DNA of 64,000 bases. Origin: Paraglomus brasilianum (taxonomy: Eukaryota). Both the position numbers and the translations under genes were made by a program. The notes under the pieces are model-generated. The model made no database searches. It worked only from the letters and a program-made list of their open reading frames with translations, and was not told where the DNA came from. The stretch is from contig CAJVPI010000002.1 of the NCBI GenBank assembly GCA_910592345.1, positions 1 to 64,000 of the forward strand. The letters run 5' to 3'. Positions within the stretch are counted from its first letter, which is position 1; the number at the start of each line of letters is the position of its first letter. This document shows positions 38,301 through 52,154 of the stretch, one piece after another.

Positions 38301-38862
38301 GTCTCTGCGGTCAGCATTCGCTGGAAATATGTAGAAATTGAATGGACGAGCAATAAATTCGTCATCTTTGGATGAATAGGTAAACGTGCACAGGCCAAAT
38401 TGTATGATCAGAAACTGGATTGTTGTTAGGATAGGAAAGGAAAGACGGAAGGAAACAAAAGACGTTTAATGAGTTGTGAGAAAGAAATAGCAAGGTACAA
38501 GGTTCAGTAACTCTTAAGAGTGATATCAGATAGAAAATTAACAAAAAAAATGGAACCTTTGTTGCCGCAGCGCGCACTTTGGCATATCTCGCCTGCGGGC
38601 TATCGAAGCTCCTGTTTCGTCCAATGCGTTCGCTCAGTCCTTTTTGTCATAACGATTGCGTTGACAAAGCGAAAAAGGAAAAGGAAAAGGAAAATAAGAA
38701 TACGCTTTTTATCATTGCTCAACGCGGTTACGCGATCTCCTTCTCCGCGTAAACTGACTACTAACCGGTCAATTCAGTATCTAACGCAATGAAATTAGCT
38801 CCATCTATTGCTTGCTTGATTGTAGGCAATAACTCTGCGAAATTGTTCTTCAGGACGTCCAT
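35307..38862 (-). CDS. PARN: Poly(A)-specific ribonuclease PARN (CAF1/DEDD family), multi-exon
   Basis: ATG 38862 MDVLKNNFAELLPTIKQAIDGANFIALDTELTG (Exo I). FLIIQFGLCTF, PFNFYIFP, SSLHFLSNNNFDFNKLI, KPIIGHNCFLD, VDTKHLA, YHEAGYDAYVTG (Exo III), RRM-like VNWVDDSNCW. Acidic tail to stop at 35307. Confidence 0.93.
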
Positions 38863-38889
38863 TGGGGAAGCAAAACAAAAAAGTTGGCG

Positions 38890-39027
38890 ATCGTGTCGTG
38901 AATTGCTTGAAAATTACCCACGACTCTGATATTTATTCAACTGAAAATTGACCATGCATATCCATATCGTGTCGTGAATTGCTTGAATTTACCCACGACT
39001 CTGATATTTAAAATTGATCATGCATAT
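38890..39027. repeat. Tandem duplication, ~76-bp period, just upstream of PARN
   Basis: ATCGTGTCGTGAATTGCTTGAA..TTACCCACGACTCTGATATTTA..AAATTGA(C/T)CATGCATAT at 38890 and 38966. Confidence 0.85.
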
Positions 39028-39179
39028 TGATATATTATACATTATTTTATTACAATTTTATTTTACATTACAATAATAATCATCGCTTAATTTAATTAAC
39101 AAACAAAAATAATGCGCTTTCTGTTATTTCTATGTTTAGGGAAGAATAAGAATGGATGGCATCCATCCCATAGCCTTCA

Positions 39180-40900
39180 TTTACTTGCGCGCTTGAAGTG
39201 GTTGTTGTGACGTTGATGCCCATCTTCCGTATCAATTCTTGAGATTGCAGAGCCGTTTTGTTATTATACGGTTCGTCTGTATCGTGGTGTTGTTTCCGTG
39301 ACGGTAATCACTTCATCTCCAAGAATACGCGTGCAAAAGCACTGCGCTTGGTTGGTAGACTGTCCTCACTCTGACTTGTGTACTGTGGACATGACTGAAC
39401 CCCACCCCATAATGGATGGTGGGTGGATTGTAGTTGTTCAAGTCATAGTAGAATTGAATTGGCATCAAACGATTCTTTATGTCCACAACTACACCAAACC
39501 GGAGTACATCCGAGTATTCCACAGTCAGGGCAATAACAGTGGCGAAGCCGTCACGAGCAACCGGGCAACCGTGCCATCCGAATATGTCAGAAATATCGTC
39601 TTTACCGGCGAGTGTAATGTCTTGCTTAATGTCTTGCTCTACAACTATTGTCCGTAAGGCCATTCTTTTCATCGATTTTTTCGTTTTAACGTTCGAACAT
39701 CCGTTTATCGTCGAATCTCTTGTCAACGTCCAGAGTTGAGCTGACTGTTTGAACTTGTACCTGTGTTGGTAGTGAGAATATTTTAGCAAAAACGCCTTCG
39801 CAAATGCTGACGTGAGTAAATGATTATTTCGTACCTTGCTAATAGCATAGTAATAGCTGCGACCATTGATTGAAAATGTTATTTCGTACCCTTGCGAATA
39901 AGCATAGTAAAGTAATACTACGACATTGATTGATGTAAGACTTTTTATATTAGTGTTTTTGTGTTACATCGTACAATATTTCGGCATTTTCTACTACCCA
40001 CTACTACTACTGTGTTCCTCGCTATTACTATGGGACCTTGCTATTGGAACCGCAGGAGACTCACCGTTTCACGAAGGGAAAAGTTGATCAAGTCTCGGTA
40101 GGAATTTACGTGATTTTTGTAAAGTATGAGCGAATATGTATAGAATATGTTTTATTTTTTCGTCTCCTCTTCATAGAGCACTCGCGGAATATGATCCAAC
40201 ATACCAAGACATTCTGTGCCGCAGTGATCTCGTTGTAAACAGATAATAATTCAATACTTGTGGTTTATATAATTTTCATACTCTTGCGCATTTTATGTAT
40301 TCTCACTCCAACATTGAATCTGCAGAAGTAACTGTGCTGACTTTCTTCATACACGTACTCTGTTTTCAGAAAATTGATACTGAATATTGAAGACAGTGAT
40401 CTGAAACTAGAATTCTATTTGAAGATATGATGCAGCTTCGCTTCATCAACGGACCCCACTTATCTGTTGCCAGATATGCAAAATGGCTTGAGCGCGGCTG
40501 CCAACGAGTGTATAACTGTTACAGTATATCAAATTGACGAAGGGACCATCAACATGCATTGTCCCTAGACATGACCAAGCACGCACGTGAAAGCAAGGTT
40601 CGGGAAAATTGTTGCATCAGTTGTTCAAGTTGGGTAATTCTGGCGAGCATTTGTTAACACTACATTTTCTATTTCACAGTTTTATATCGTCTCCACTTCG
40701 GTATGCGTCTGGCTAGTGGCTTAATACTAGTGGTGTTGCTGCATTTGTTAGTCGTCTTCAAGTGCATACGATTTACCGCAATTGCTACTGCCGCCGCATA
40801 GCTGCTTTCATTGCATCTGGCTGATTCGAAGTGAGCGCTTAATACGGTTTGACATTCATCTAAAGAAGAAGAAGACATGGTGAGGCGATGAAATTGATTG
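39180..40900 (-). pseudogene. Unidentified decayed coding sequence
   Basis: GC-elevated coding-like segments (39313-39789, 40669-40932) with no continuous frame or recognisable domain. ~56-bp-period duplication at 39823-39930. Confidence 0.2.
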
Positions 40901-43900
40901 AAGTTTAACCAAGTCATTATACACTTACGCACGTATTATCTTAGCAATGTTAACCATGGCCTTGCTGTAATGCCTCTTTCAATTCTAAACATTGTAAGAG
41001 TTAATCACTTATCAAGTGTTATTTGTTGTTATCATATAGTCACGATTAGCTGGCGGTTTCTATTGGTAGAGCCAAAAAACGGCCCACACAACAAGCGTTC
41101 GCATTTTAAATGGGTCACAACAACACTTTTTATTCTGCATTTGGTGAAATATACCACGTAATTCGTAAAATTTGATTTTATTTAATAAACAATATTTATA
41201 TAATATACATGATGAGTAATAATAGCTAAAATTACAGCAACTCGCCTCATCTCCACCACAATCTTCCACTTCGTATTTTGATATATTTTCAGCCTCTTCT
41301 TCTCCCTTGAGAACGTCTTCGCGTGGATTCCTGGTACGCCAGAATCTTGCATTTGTTGGGACCCGGTACGGAATGTGGTTACTAAAGGAGGAGCTTGTCA
41401 GAACAGGAGCCCCCGCGGGGCTCATAAATATTGGGATGAATTCACCGCATTTTAATGGTGAATTCATCCACATTAAAAATATAAAATTGTTTTTATTTAA
41501 AAAAGAATAAAATTTGTTTTAAAAGCCTGTTTTTCTTAAAGGCTTTTTTTTCTCGACAGAGTTTTTGTTCTGCGGGAGTGGGCTCTTGTAAGGAATTTAT
41601 CGAGCCTTGGTTTGGTTTTTCGGGGGACAAGCTCCTCATAAAAAGGTTTGGCATAGCCTTTGTTAAAAATGTAAACATCATCACTAAAAGTGTGTAAAGA
41701 TCGCTACTGACAAGGAAATGGAGAGTTTAAATAGATTTTACAAATACCTTGCCAGTTAGCGTTCAACGCAAGCGACGTGTGTCTAATAAAACGCAAAACT
41801 CCAAAAGCGATCTAGATCTGCATTATTGGTTTACTGAAACAATAAGGCGATGGTTGTGATTTGAAAATTTATAATTAGCATCCAGAGAAATCAAGCCTTC
41901 CCTTGCCCAGCATGTCTTTGTGGTTTTATTTACAAAGTCCCCATGAACCTGTCTGTGGTCTAGATTTTCGTATTCATGCAGTCTTCCAAGATTCTTTTTG
42001 TACGATAAGAATCCTCGCTGTCGAAATATTCGGAGCCATAATTGAACAAATATGGTAAGTAGTTGTTCTTTCTATATCGATATACAACGCAGTATACAGT
42101 ATACAGCATGCACAGTATTTGCTTTGTTTTGTAATGTTACAATTGCACATGTCTGATTATCAAATATGTCGATTGATGAATATTTTTGTGCGATTCCAAT
42201 TGTTAAATCTCACCAATCTCAACCTCTGACAACTAACAATTACGACAAGACACCAGGAACACCTTCAGCGAAAACTGCAAAGAAGCTAACAAGTACAGTA
42301 AATCATACACGGACATTGTTATACGTAGGCCCTTATCACTCCAAGTATTACGAGATTTAAAATAATCACATGACCAGGGGATAACGTGATGTTTCCGTGA
42401 ACCACAATTCGCGTAAACTAGAAAGTTATAATTTATTCAGAGGCCTCATCTTGCAACGTTTCTTAGAACCACATTTTCGCAGAACAAAACTGTGATAACA
42501 ATAATTGTTGTTATAACGAAAATCGAGCCCAAATTGAGTTTATACTATTTATATTGCAAGTAAAAGTATTCTATCCTCTCGTGACTAAGCACATTTGGTG
42601 TAAACTTACAGGCATCCCGACCCGTCTTGGAAATCCATAAAGCACTGAACAGATGTGACATCCGTACAAGGAATATTAGCCATATGACGGAGTTGCACAT
42701 GCAATAAATAAAGTCTACGTATAAAAAATCATACGCGTTATTTATGAATTCCTGCTATAGTAAGTTTATGGTTGTGTCTATTTCTAATGTAACGACTTTG
42801 ATTCGTGATGCAAATTAAAATTGTTTATTTTTAGTTAAGTGTCTACGAGTTATAGTAATTGCAAATTCAAAATTTTCAGCACGCTCGTATGACGTTTATT
42901 GGTATGTTCCATAAATATGTTCCACAAATATGTTCCATAAATATGTTCCACAACTTAAAGATATTTTATTGTGACCGTTACATTTTACGTATTACAGATA
43001 GTGACAAATATCTTGCTTATTCTAGACCGTATGTATTGCTTAGTATCTATATTCTTAATAGTAAACATTATTATAGTATAAACGAATATATTGTAAAAAC
43101 TTGCATCAACAGTTGCGCAATTTTTGTATACAGCCTAACAATGTTATCATACGTCCCAAATCCATCTTTCTTGCGCCATGTTTGTCCCGTGCATACTTTT
43201 AGTTCAGTATGTCGGGGGGGAACAACAATAATGATAACAATGATATTGATTATTATTACAATAAAGTCAATGTGCTTTGTGCCAATCTCTTATCTGCAGC
43301 CTTCGAATATCAAATCTAATGTTGAATGTTTACAATATCTTTGGTAGTTGAACGTTCGATTCTTTTGTAATTCTGCCCTTGTGGACTTCCAAGTCGTTTC
43401 TGTTTTGTAATCTTGGAGCTTCGATTGTTTTTGTGTCATACATAGATGCAATCACCGCTGCCCAATTACGGCTGCCCAATTACGATTTGTTCTTTTGTTT
43501 ACGAATTTTTCAGGGGTACGATACATCAATTCAGCAATTATTAAAACGCCTTCTTCCTTATTATTATAGAACTTGCCATAATAACGCTTTAGTTAACCAA
43601 ATAAGTAATCGTGCAGTATCAATCGAGCTTATCGTGAGCTAGTACGATCGAGATGATCCATTTTCATGTGTTTGTTTATCTCAGAGGCTTATTAATTATT
43701 GAGCCTAGCCTCAAGGAAAAGTTACATTGACGGATGACAATAAAGGTAAGCACTACAACGGTATGATAACATGGGTCATTACATACCGATCCAACTTGTC
43801 GCAATAAAAGGTGATTTGTACTTGGTCAAGTGCGTGTTTACTTAAATGTAAAAGGGGAGGGGTGATTGTAATGTGAAATATTAATATTGATAAATAGCTG

Positions 43901-45354
43901 TATTAATTATGTGATAATATTGACTCCATATTGTCAGATATACAGAGTAAAATACAATGTTCAATCAACATTCTTTCTTTGAATCGATGGAATAATTACA
44001 TTGTGACTAAACGCTGGGATTAAGATATATTTGAATTAGTATTAGTTTAAATTCGGGTAGATTCGGCTTACTTCTCCAAAAAAGTATGGACCCTCCATAG
44101 CACAACCAATTAAATTTGTCAAAGCCTGTTCGATGTCGAATTTTAAGGTCCAAAAACAGACATCATGATAATAAACCTGGAAAACACAAACGTCGTCCGA
44201 CAACCAATAATCTCTTGCGTAAAACTGCGTAACGTTATGACAAAGAAACAAATGTTGTTATGGACGACCTATTCGAAAGTATTAATGGCATTTTATTAGG
44301 CCATTGAATTTTGTTTTGATATCTGATAAACCATTTTATGACTATTATCCGGCTATTTTTAACATTTGCGTTTCTAGAGCAAACTTACTATAAGATACAA
44401 TCTTGTCTTTTAGTCATGTGCCACGCTTGTTGCATAAAAATAATGCGACTTATCCATTGTGTTTTCTTTGACTATGCACCTTGCTGCATGAAGAGGAGGA
44501 TTATCACGAGATTGAGGCTTAACGGTGCATTACTGTGTTATCATGCGATTACATGAGAAAGAAAGAATTTTCTGTGCTGCTGATGCCAAAGTGACTAAGC
44601 AACAATGTCAATCTGTTGTATATTTATTATGTGGTATAGAGTGACAATTATCCACAATAGCCTTATCTTTGTATGTACAATGGCAACAATCTAGAATGAT
44701 ACTACAGTATATTATAATATACTAATACTTATTGTAAATTTATCTTCTCAAAGATAATCAATTGATATTGCAGTACTAATAATTGAATATCGGATTAATG
44801 TAAGTTTACATTGGAATCTCTCACTGGTATGTTACATTCATACTTGTATCTTTGATGCAGACAAAGAAATAATTAAAACATCAAGCACATCAACAACCCC
44901 CCAACTTTATGTCTAGCTATCGAAATTATAATTATCGCGCAAACATCATGTATAGTACTAAACAATTGATAGTGGTATTATTAAATACAATGGAAAGGCT
45001 TCTCTTTATCGGACATTAATATAATCAGTAACCTTTATAGTATAAATAATATGTGTGATTAAACTTAAAATTATTTTGTTTTATTAATAAATTATATTTT
45101 ATACATAATATTATTGCAATATATCATGCAAAGTGCCAATGTCTGGTGGACAGACGGCACCTATCCACCCGGCCATATCTTATTAGACCCATAATAATTA
45201 CGAACGTTTGTAAGTTTTAGGTCATTGTTTTCGCGACTTCAAGCTGTGTCGTTGTCAGGACATTGTGAAAGCCAAGTCGTTGTAAGATTAAATTTATTCA
45301 TTACAGCCAGATTGTTTTCACTAGCCGCTGGACTTTCTGAAAAACTCCGCCTTG

Positions 45355-45780
45355 AGATGAGCAGACCAAATTGTTAATACAGTTGAAAGAACCTGGGGCT
45401 GTTGACATTACTTTTCACCGACCGTTGCACATCCACAAAACTTTCGAGGTCGACTTTTTAAATAATTGTGTACGCCAAGTCGTGATCTTGTATGAGCAGA
45501 CCAAATTGAGTTGATACAGTTGAAAGAACCTCTGTTGGCATTACTTTTTACCGGCCGTTGGACATCCATAAAACTTTCGAGGTCGACTTCTTAAATAATT
45601 GTGAAATCATTGACATTTTTGAAGAACTTTCGCCTTAAAGGTGCTAGCTAAAGTTTGATCGTGGATGAGAAAACCAAATTGTTGATACAGTTGAAAGAAC
45701 CTGGTAGTTGGCATTACTTTCACTGGCCGTTGAACGTCCGCAAATTTTTCGAATAAGCCGTCAAAAGTTACTCGGCGAAT
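45355..45780. repeat. Degenerate tandem repeat, three units of ~135-170 bp
   Basis: GAG(C/A)A(G/A)ACCAAATTG..ATACAGTTGAAAGAACCT..GTTG(A/G)CATTACTTTT..CCGTTG..(CA/CG)TCC near 45359, 45494 and 45666. Confidence 0.85.
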
Positions 45781-47869
45781 TGCTCTCATAATTTTATAAA
45801 ATTGTCTTATTATTTATTAATCAAACGTCGGCAACTTTAGATAAGCCACCAAACGTTGGAAAACTTTTGAGGGATATAAGCCCTTATATTTAACTTAATG
45901 TCCTTGGAATATCCATATTAATTCAGGCCACATATCATTTGCAGCTGAATGGTTTTGCTTACACGACAGCCAAAATAGCTAACGTTAAACCATAGTGTTG
46001 TTCTTAGTCATTTAATTTGTATGACTATTGTAATTGAGGCGGGTTTATTGAAGGTTTAATTAGCCTCTCAAAGTTGTTCGGCGGCGTTATATTGTCGCGT
46101 GATTGGTCGCGGGCGAAATCCAACATGACCGATTCTGGAGAGCCGTTGTTTTTGCTGACCGTCTGTGTAGGAAAGTTTCCTAATACCATTTCGGCATTTG
46201 TATGGTTGGTACCAAACATCGGTAAACTTTCGAGAGATATAAGATAAGCCGTCAAAGCTACCCGCCAAATTGCTTGATAGTTGTTGAATTTCAATAGAAA
46301 TCTAAATATTTATGACCAAAGAGTTAGTAAACTAATTAATACAAGCAAGAAGAGAAATACCAACAATAAAATCATGCCATGTAATTCTTACCAAGAATGA
46401 GATAATTGTTGCTGTATAAAAATAATGGTTTGTTAAAGAATAGCAAGACAGTAAGTCAAAGCTATAACAACAGATGGGGGGTTGTCAGATACTTTTATAT
46501 GAATTGGTCTAATATAATTAGTTTAGTGATTCTATATTCTTACAGTATCCCCTGATAAGCCATTGCTTTTACTAAATAGTCACCAACAAAGAACACAGTT
46601 AAAATGGATGTTGGCGTAAAATATTTACTTTTTAATTAGATGCATACCGTTTTTGCTCGCTATATTGTCTTACATTCGACGACAGAAGATCGTATATCTA
46701 AATGGAGACAAGTCGGAACAAAGTTATCATAATAGCAGTGAACGCATTCTCTGTAAAACTCGCTCAATACCTCTTCTCGAGAAACGTTTCTACACTTTCC
46801 GAGTAAATAATTACCATTACTTTTATTCGCATTTCATATACTCAAAGAGATGCAAATGGTCATAGGTCAATTATCTATTGTCTCTCGTGGGGAATGGCAA
46901 ATTAAGTAAGGAATTTTATTAATTTAATTAATAATAAACCTAAAAGTATTAATCGGAGAGAATTCTAAAATAAGGCCATGTATTATTATTATTGTTATTA
47001 AAATGGGGCCAACGTGTATCACATAAATAACATCACGTAAAAAGTGACCGCCAGTATGGTATACTTTTGTGTCTCAGTTCGGAACCCAGTCACTCAGTCC
47101 AACACTCCGTTGTCTCAGACACTTAGCAAAAGTCGTTTGATAGTTGACAGTCAAGTGTCTTACATATAGCAAGTGTTATGATAAATGATCATAACTTTGT
47201 TCCGACTGCAACCGTCTGCCATATTATAGCGGAGTCCGTCATACACAATTAAATATAAGATTCTTTTCCCATTTTCTGTTATCAACGGTACGTTCTGGCG
47301 ATTGGCAAAGCATTTTCAAGAATCATAGTTAACCCCTCGTCATTTTCTGCGACTATATAGGAATAACCGGTGAATAGTCTTCACCGAAATATCGAAATAA
47401 GTTGGTTACGTTTTCTCGGTAGAAGGCGCAAATTATCGCCGAACTCAGAAGCAACAAACAGCAGAACATCACATCGAGACAAGTAAATATACAATGTCGG
47501 CCTGAAATTTATGTTTCCGCCTTTAAATTTATATTATCTTCTATTTACAGGGGAACCAGAACTATCTGTGCTCGTTGTTTACCTTCGATTATCTGTATCC
47601 AAGGTATTTGATGAACTGCAAAAATCGGGCGACGACTGAGGTATCAAGGTCAGTACGATACGATGATGTAGGCGAATTGATTCTTCAAAGTATAAAAGAA
47701 AGTTATCTTATTCGTTTGCATTTGTATTATATAGATCGTTCGCGGATAATTTAATTTAATAACGATTGGAAGTTTATTACAGATCATGCTTTTATGAAAC
47801 AAATGAAAGAAACAATTAATGTACTTGATAAATTTACATTGCTGACTGTCTATGCAGCGAATTTTTGTC

Positions 47870-48700
47870 TATCTTTTATTAATAAAGAATCTCATCCAGA
47901 ATTACAAACAGTGCATCAAAGATGAGACATTTTCTGTTGCCCCATCGGTTGTAACGGTTAAAGGAAGGTAAATAACTGTTGAAATTCACCCGTTTGTTTC
48001 CAGGATTTTCGTTGGAGAACCGTATTGATAATATGATTCCGTCAGATCCCGTAAGGTTTCCCGCATATTCGTCAAAAAAAGAGAGCGAGGCAAGGCAAGG
48101 CAAAGACAATTGGTGTATGGTTGTCCGCCAGATCCTCGTAAGGACTCCCGCGCGACCCCCGCCCCGCCTTGAATTCGCATAGGAACTGGTGTATGGAAGA
48201 CCTTGTTGACCAGCTGGCGTTTATTGACGTGACGGGCCAGGATAACCATTTGTTCGTCCCGACATTCTTCCTCGCAGCGTATATCGTTATTGCCGTCAGA
48301 GGAAGTGGTATCATACATCGAGTTACAACGATGCTTGGTCGGGTTTTCTGTCCTTTGCTAAAACTTGCAACAGCCGTGTAGCGGGATAAAGCTGATAGTC
48401 TCAAGCTTTCCGACTCCCCCATCTGCGTTTTCAGTCGGCGGCGTATGTGAGTGAGAGGGTTTAGAGTATAATAATAATAAAGTTTTGGCAAATTTGCGTG
48501 TAAAGAAAGGTCTGTGGATAAGTGTCGAACATTGTTTTTCTTGTTTCGAGGGATCAAGAGTGTATTAAATAATCTCGCCTCGTATTTGTCATCGTTTATG
48601 TCTGAGCCGTGATGATTACAACTCGCGTCCTGCGGATTTTGTTTAGGATATGAATTCTGTGTACAAAATAACAGATTTAGCAGGAATCGTTCCACTTACA
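47870..48700 (+). pseudogene. Decayed coding sequence, possibly Crinkler/P-loop family relic
   Basis: GC-elevated island with short ORFs (MEDLVDQLAFIDVTGQDNHLFVPTFFLAAY) broken by stops. The family call is an impression only. Confidence 0.2.
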
Positions 48701-51299
48701 CAAATAAACAAATGCTTTGTCGTGGCTGTGCTCTATCCTCCGAAACCCGCTACTATAGACTCAAAGAGATTACTCAATGCCCGGCTATTACGACTCACTG
48801 AATTTCCTTAGCGACTGAGTCTGTAAAGCTCTTCCACATGCGATGGTTGGTACTTTTGTTAGTTAATGTGTAATATGATATTTGAGAAAGCGATATCTGA
48901 AAATAGAATTTAGTAAATATGCGTTTTCCTACTTAGTGACATACATTACCGAGTATCGTCTGATGCTCATTATAGCTCTTCGTTTCGTAACTTGTAGAAA
49001 CCAGCGGATCAATCGATTTGAGGACATTCGATCTTTGGCAATGTAATCATTGCGACTCTACTAGGGCCACAATCCCAGAAGCTCCCATCTATCATTGTCG
49101 GGGAACGATTTTGCGCTCAAGGGCATTATTACGCTTAATTGGATCACGCCCGTCTCTTATCTCTCTTAATGTCTCTGTACCCCTTTCGTCGCCAACATCC
49201 ACCAAAGAAACCTAATCAATATTACAATCTCAGGCGCCTTGAGAATCAGCGCATCAGAATATGTAGCAGCGCAATTAGACATTGGTATTTATTATCAACG
49301 AGGAGGCGTAGGCACGGGCAGAAATATCCAGAAAGCGGTGATCAAGAGTACGTCCCTGCTCAATATAGACTGCACGACGTTATAGAAGTGGAATCAGAGT
49401 GTGAGAACGTGGTCAATTTGTGTCAGAAATCAGTAGAACGGGGAACATGCGAACAGCAATACATACTTACTCAGATACATAGGACCGAAGAATATGCGGG
49501 CATTAATAACGAGAAGAGATCTACGGGAAGGTGATGTATAGATATAAGAGGAAGGAGATGTCGCCCAATATGTAATGGTTACTAGCTCAGTATATGATGC
49601 TATACAACCGGTAGAAAGAGTAGGAAGTATGATCGAGAGAGTTTCTAGTAAGGAGAAGGCTGAGTGTTAGGTAACCATACTTTTATTTATCTTTCCAAAC
49701 GCCTACATTAAAACCTATCATTACTAATAAAACTCCAAAATTAGGAATAACAAGTCCTGTCAGGGAATAGGCTCCTTTAGATCCAAAAGGGTAACAAAAC
49801 CCTGCGTTTCCAATTGAGTCCTGAACCGATGTCACTGATAATTTCGTGTCCTGGATAACGTTGTCGGAGATCTGTGATCTGTCGTTCGAGGCCGTCTCAT
49901 TGATGCTCTGAACTGATTCTTGCGTAACAAACCTTGGCCTTTTGTTGCTTGTAGGTTGGGGAGCTGAGGACTTCCTTTGTTTGAACCCTTTTTTGGTGGT
50001 GGTGATGTTAGCATTGAAGGGAGAGATCATGGTATTTGAATAGCGGAACCGAAAACATGCATAAAACATGCAATCTTATATGGAGCCTGAAACATGCAAT
50101 CTCATATGGAGCCTACGCGCATGAAACATGCAAACACAGACTATATGATGGATCGCGGTCACTAATCGTTAACATTTGATCTTTCCAAACGGTCGAAGTA
50201 ATAGTAATAGTAATCTTTAGATATTCACGTAACGTCCCTCCGTCAGCGTGTTCAAAAATCGAGTGACAATGATCACCTGACATATCTGTTTACATTCAGA
50301 GAATGTGTCAAAGTGATGAACAGAGCAAGAATAAAGTGACATTAAATATATGATGGTGAAAATGAAGAGTAGATTGGTGGCCGGCATGCTTCTAATCTCA
50401 TTCTCGATCAGTCTCATCCATTGGCGTTGATATACGAAGCCTTATTATTCTATAAAGGCTTACGTCTTCCTCCCCTTCTTCTGTTTGTCGTTAAATGTGT
50501 TTAGTGTTGTGAGAGAAATATTCGTTTCTATGTTGCTACTGTCCTGTGGGGTTTTTTCTGCTGTTGGTTGGATGTAATCGGTGCCGTGCGGCACCGGCAC
50601 TGGCACGGCCGAATTTATGTTCTAACTCACTGGTAGTATCCAGGAGTTGAATTTGTTGATATTGGGTAGATTCCATTAGTCCAACATTTACACAGCCATA
50701 CTGTACTTTTAAACTGTCGCAATACGTATTTATTGCCTGTAAATTGATAATATCAAGTTAGGGTTAGAATTACAGAACAATAAGGAGTGGCCGAGCGCAA
50801 GAGTACTCGGCGGCGGGTTTGAATTGTTTGTTCTTATATACTTTTCACGTGATGAAAATCATTGCTGATAATATAACCTACCTTATGTCTAACGGGACCG
50901 TTCCGTTGCAAGAGCCAAGACGCATTCTCCTTCGATCCAGCCAGAAAGCGGTGATCTTATCGTAAGAATCATTGTGTGTCAGGTGGGATGTAGATATTAC
51001 TTCAGCAGAGTTGCTCGAATCTATATCAAAGTTGTATTAATATTACACTTTCTTACCATACATTTACGTATATGCTCAGCACTAAGAAGATTTCAACCAA
51101 CGTACCGAATTTTCGCTCAGCTCATCAACCCTTAACTTATATCTCCAATATATAATGTGTCCAGTTTGATAGACCAAGTTTAATTGGGCGTCTCCAAACG
51201 TCTGAATTGAGAGTCAGGTTTGATGTATGTATGGGGTCGGCCAGGTAAATCTAATTAATCTAATTAAATATTCTTAACCAGAGTTAACCTAACATTGAT

Positions 51300-52154
51300 A
51301 TTTCCAAATTCACTTTTTTCATCGATCCTTACCCCTAGATTTTTCCATCAGGTGCCTGAATCCGATAACATACAACCCTTTACAAGAAAGTATCGTGGCC
51401 TATACGAAGCTCATATTGTGTTTTTTTGAGTGCCTTACTGTCCACTTTCCTTCAAATCGTATAGAGAGCACCGAACTGCGTAATGCTCAATATTTCCGCG
51501 CGTAACATCTCTTTGTTCGTGCACACGAACTACTTAATGACAGGATCATGCTTAAGAATGAATTCATACTTTTTCATCCTGTTCATTGTCTGGCGCGTAA
51601 ATAGTTTAGAGTCTGAGTTCAGCTCAGGCGGGAGCTCGGTGGATTGCCGTCTGAAGATTTGAGGGTGGCTGTCGTTGTACCTCACATCTTACTATCACAA
51701 GAATATCCATCTTGTCGAATACGAAATCATTCATTGCTGCCTTGTGTGATCCCTTCATTTGTTTATAACTGCTCCTTTGGAAACGGAATACAACAATATC
51801 GATCCATCTTGTAAACCCGGTGAAATGCTCGAAAGTTCGTAACCCTTTTGTGAAAAGAACGGGTAGTGTTGGTTGGGGTAATTTTGTCGTTCGAGGCAAC
51901 AAGTAAATCGCGTATCGAATATCCAGAGCCTCAACTACCGTCGTCAAAGATAAGTTGACAACAATGAGAGGATGAGAATTTATGGGCGGATAATAATAAG
52001 AGAATGGTAGGTAAATCACGAGGCTGAAAGCCAAATATGCGTGTTTTTTTTTTTGTTGTATGGGAACTTGAAGGGGGGCGGCCATTGCATATTTAGCATT
52101 GGTAGTTTCAAAGGAGTGTTGAACGAGGAGATAACATCGGAGAAACATTCTCAT
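51300..52154 (-). pseudogene. Possible Crinkler-like N-terminal relic
   Basis: MFLRCYLLVQ..LQVPI..TVVEALDIRYAI..RWIDIVVF weakly follows the CRN header pattern (LxCxV..FxVxI..TVxxLKxxI..IHI/VVV). Downstream frames are broken. Confidence 0.2.

Noticed and set aside
6162..38862. Functional cluster or U12 minor introns among the conserved genes
   Set aside because: The genes act in unrelated processes with no sign of co-regulation, and I saw no (G/A)TATCCTT donors at the junctions I resolved.
42859..43642. 162-aa and 87-aa ORFs
   Set aside because: Non-ATG starts, composition reflecting AT-rich noncoding DNA, and no domain.
45355..45780. CRISPR-like array
   Set aside because: Units are long, degenerate and similar along their whole length, with no unique spacers or cas genes, in a eukaryotic context.
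48072..48695. 207-aa minus-strand ORF as a real gene
   Set aside because: GTG start and no domain; more likely the shadow of decayed plus-strand coding sequence.
50755..50768. Telomeric TTAGGG repeat
   Set aside because: Fewer than two full units; expected by chance.
51150..51430. Retroelement RNase H (IQTFGDAQL on the minus strand)
   Set aside because: Single short motif with no RT, integrase or LTRs nearby.
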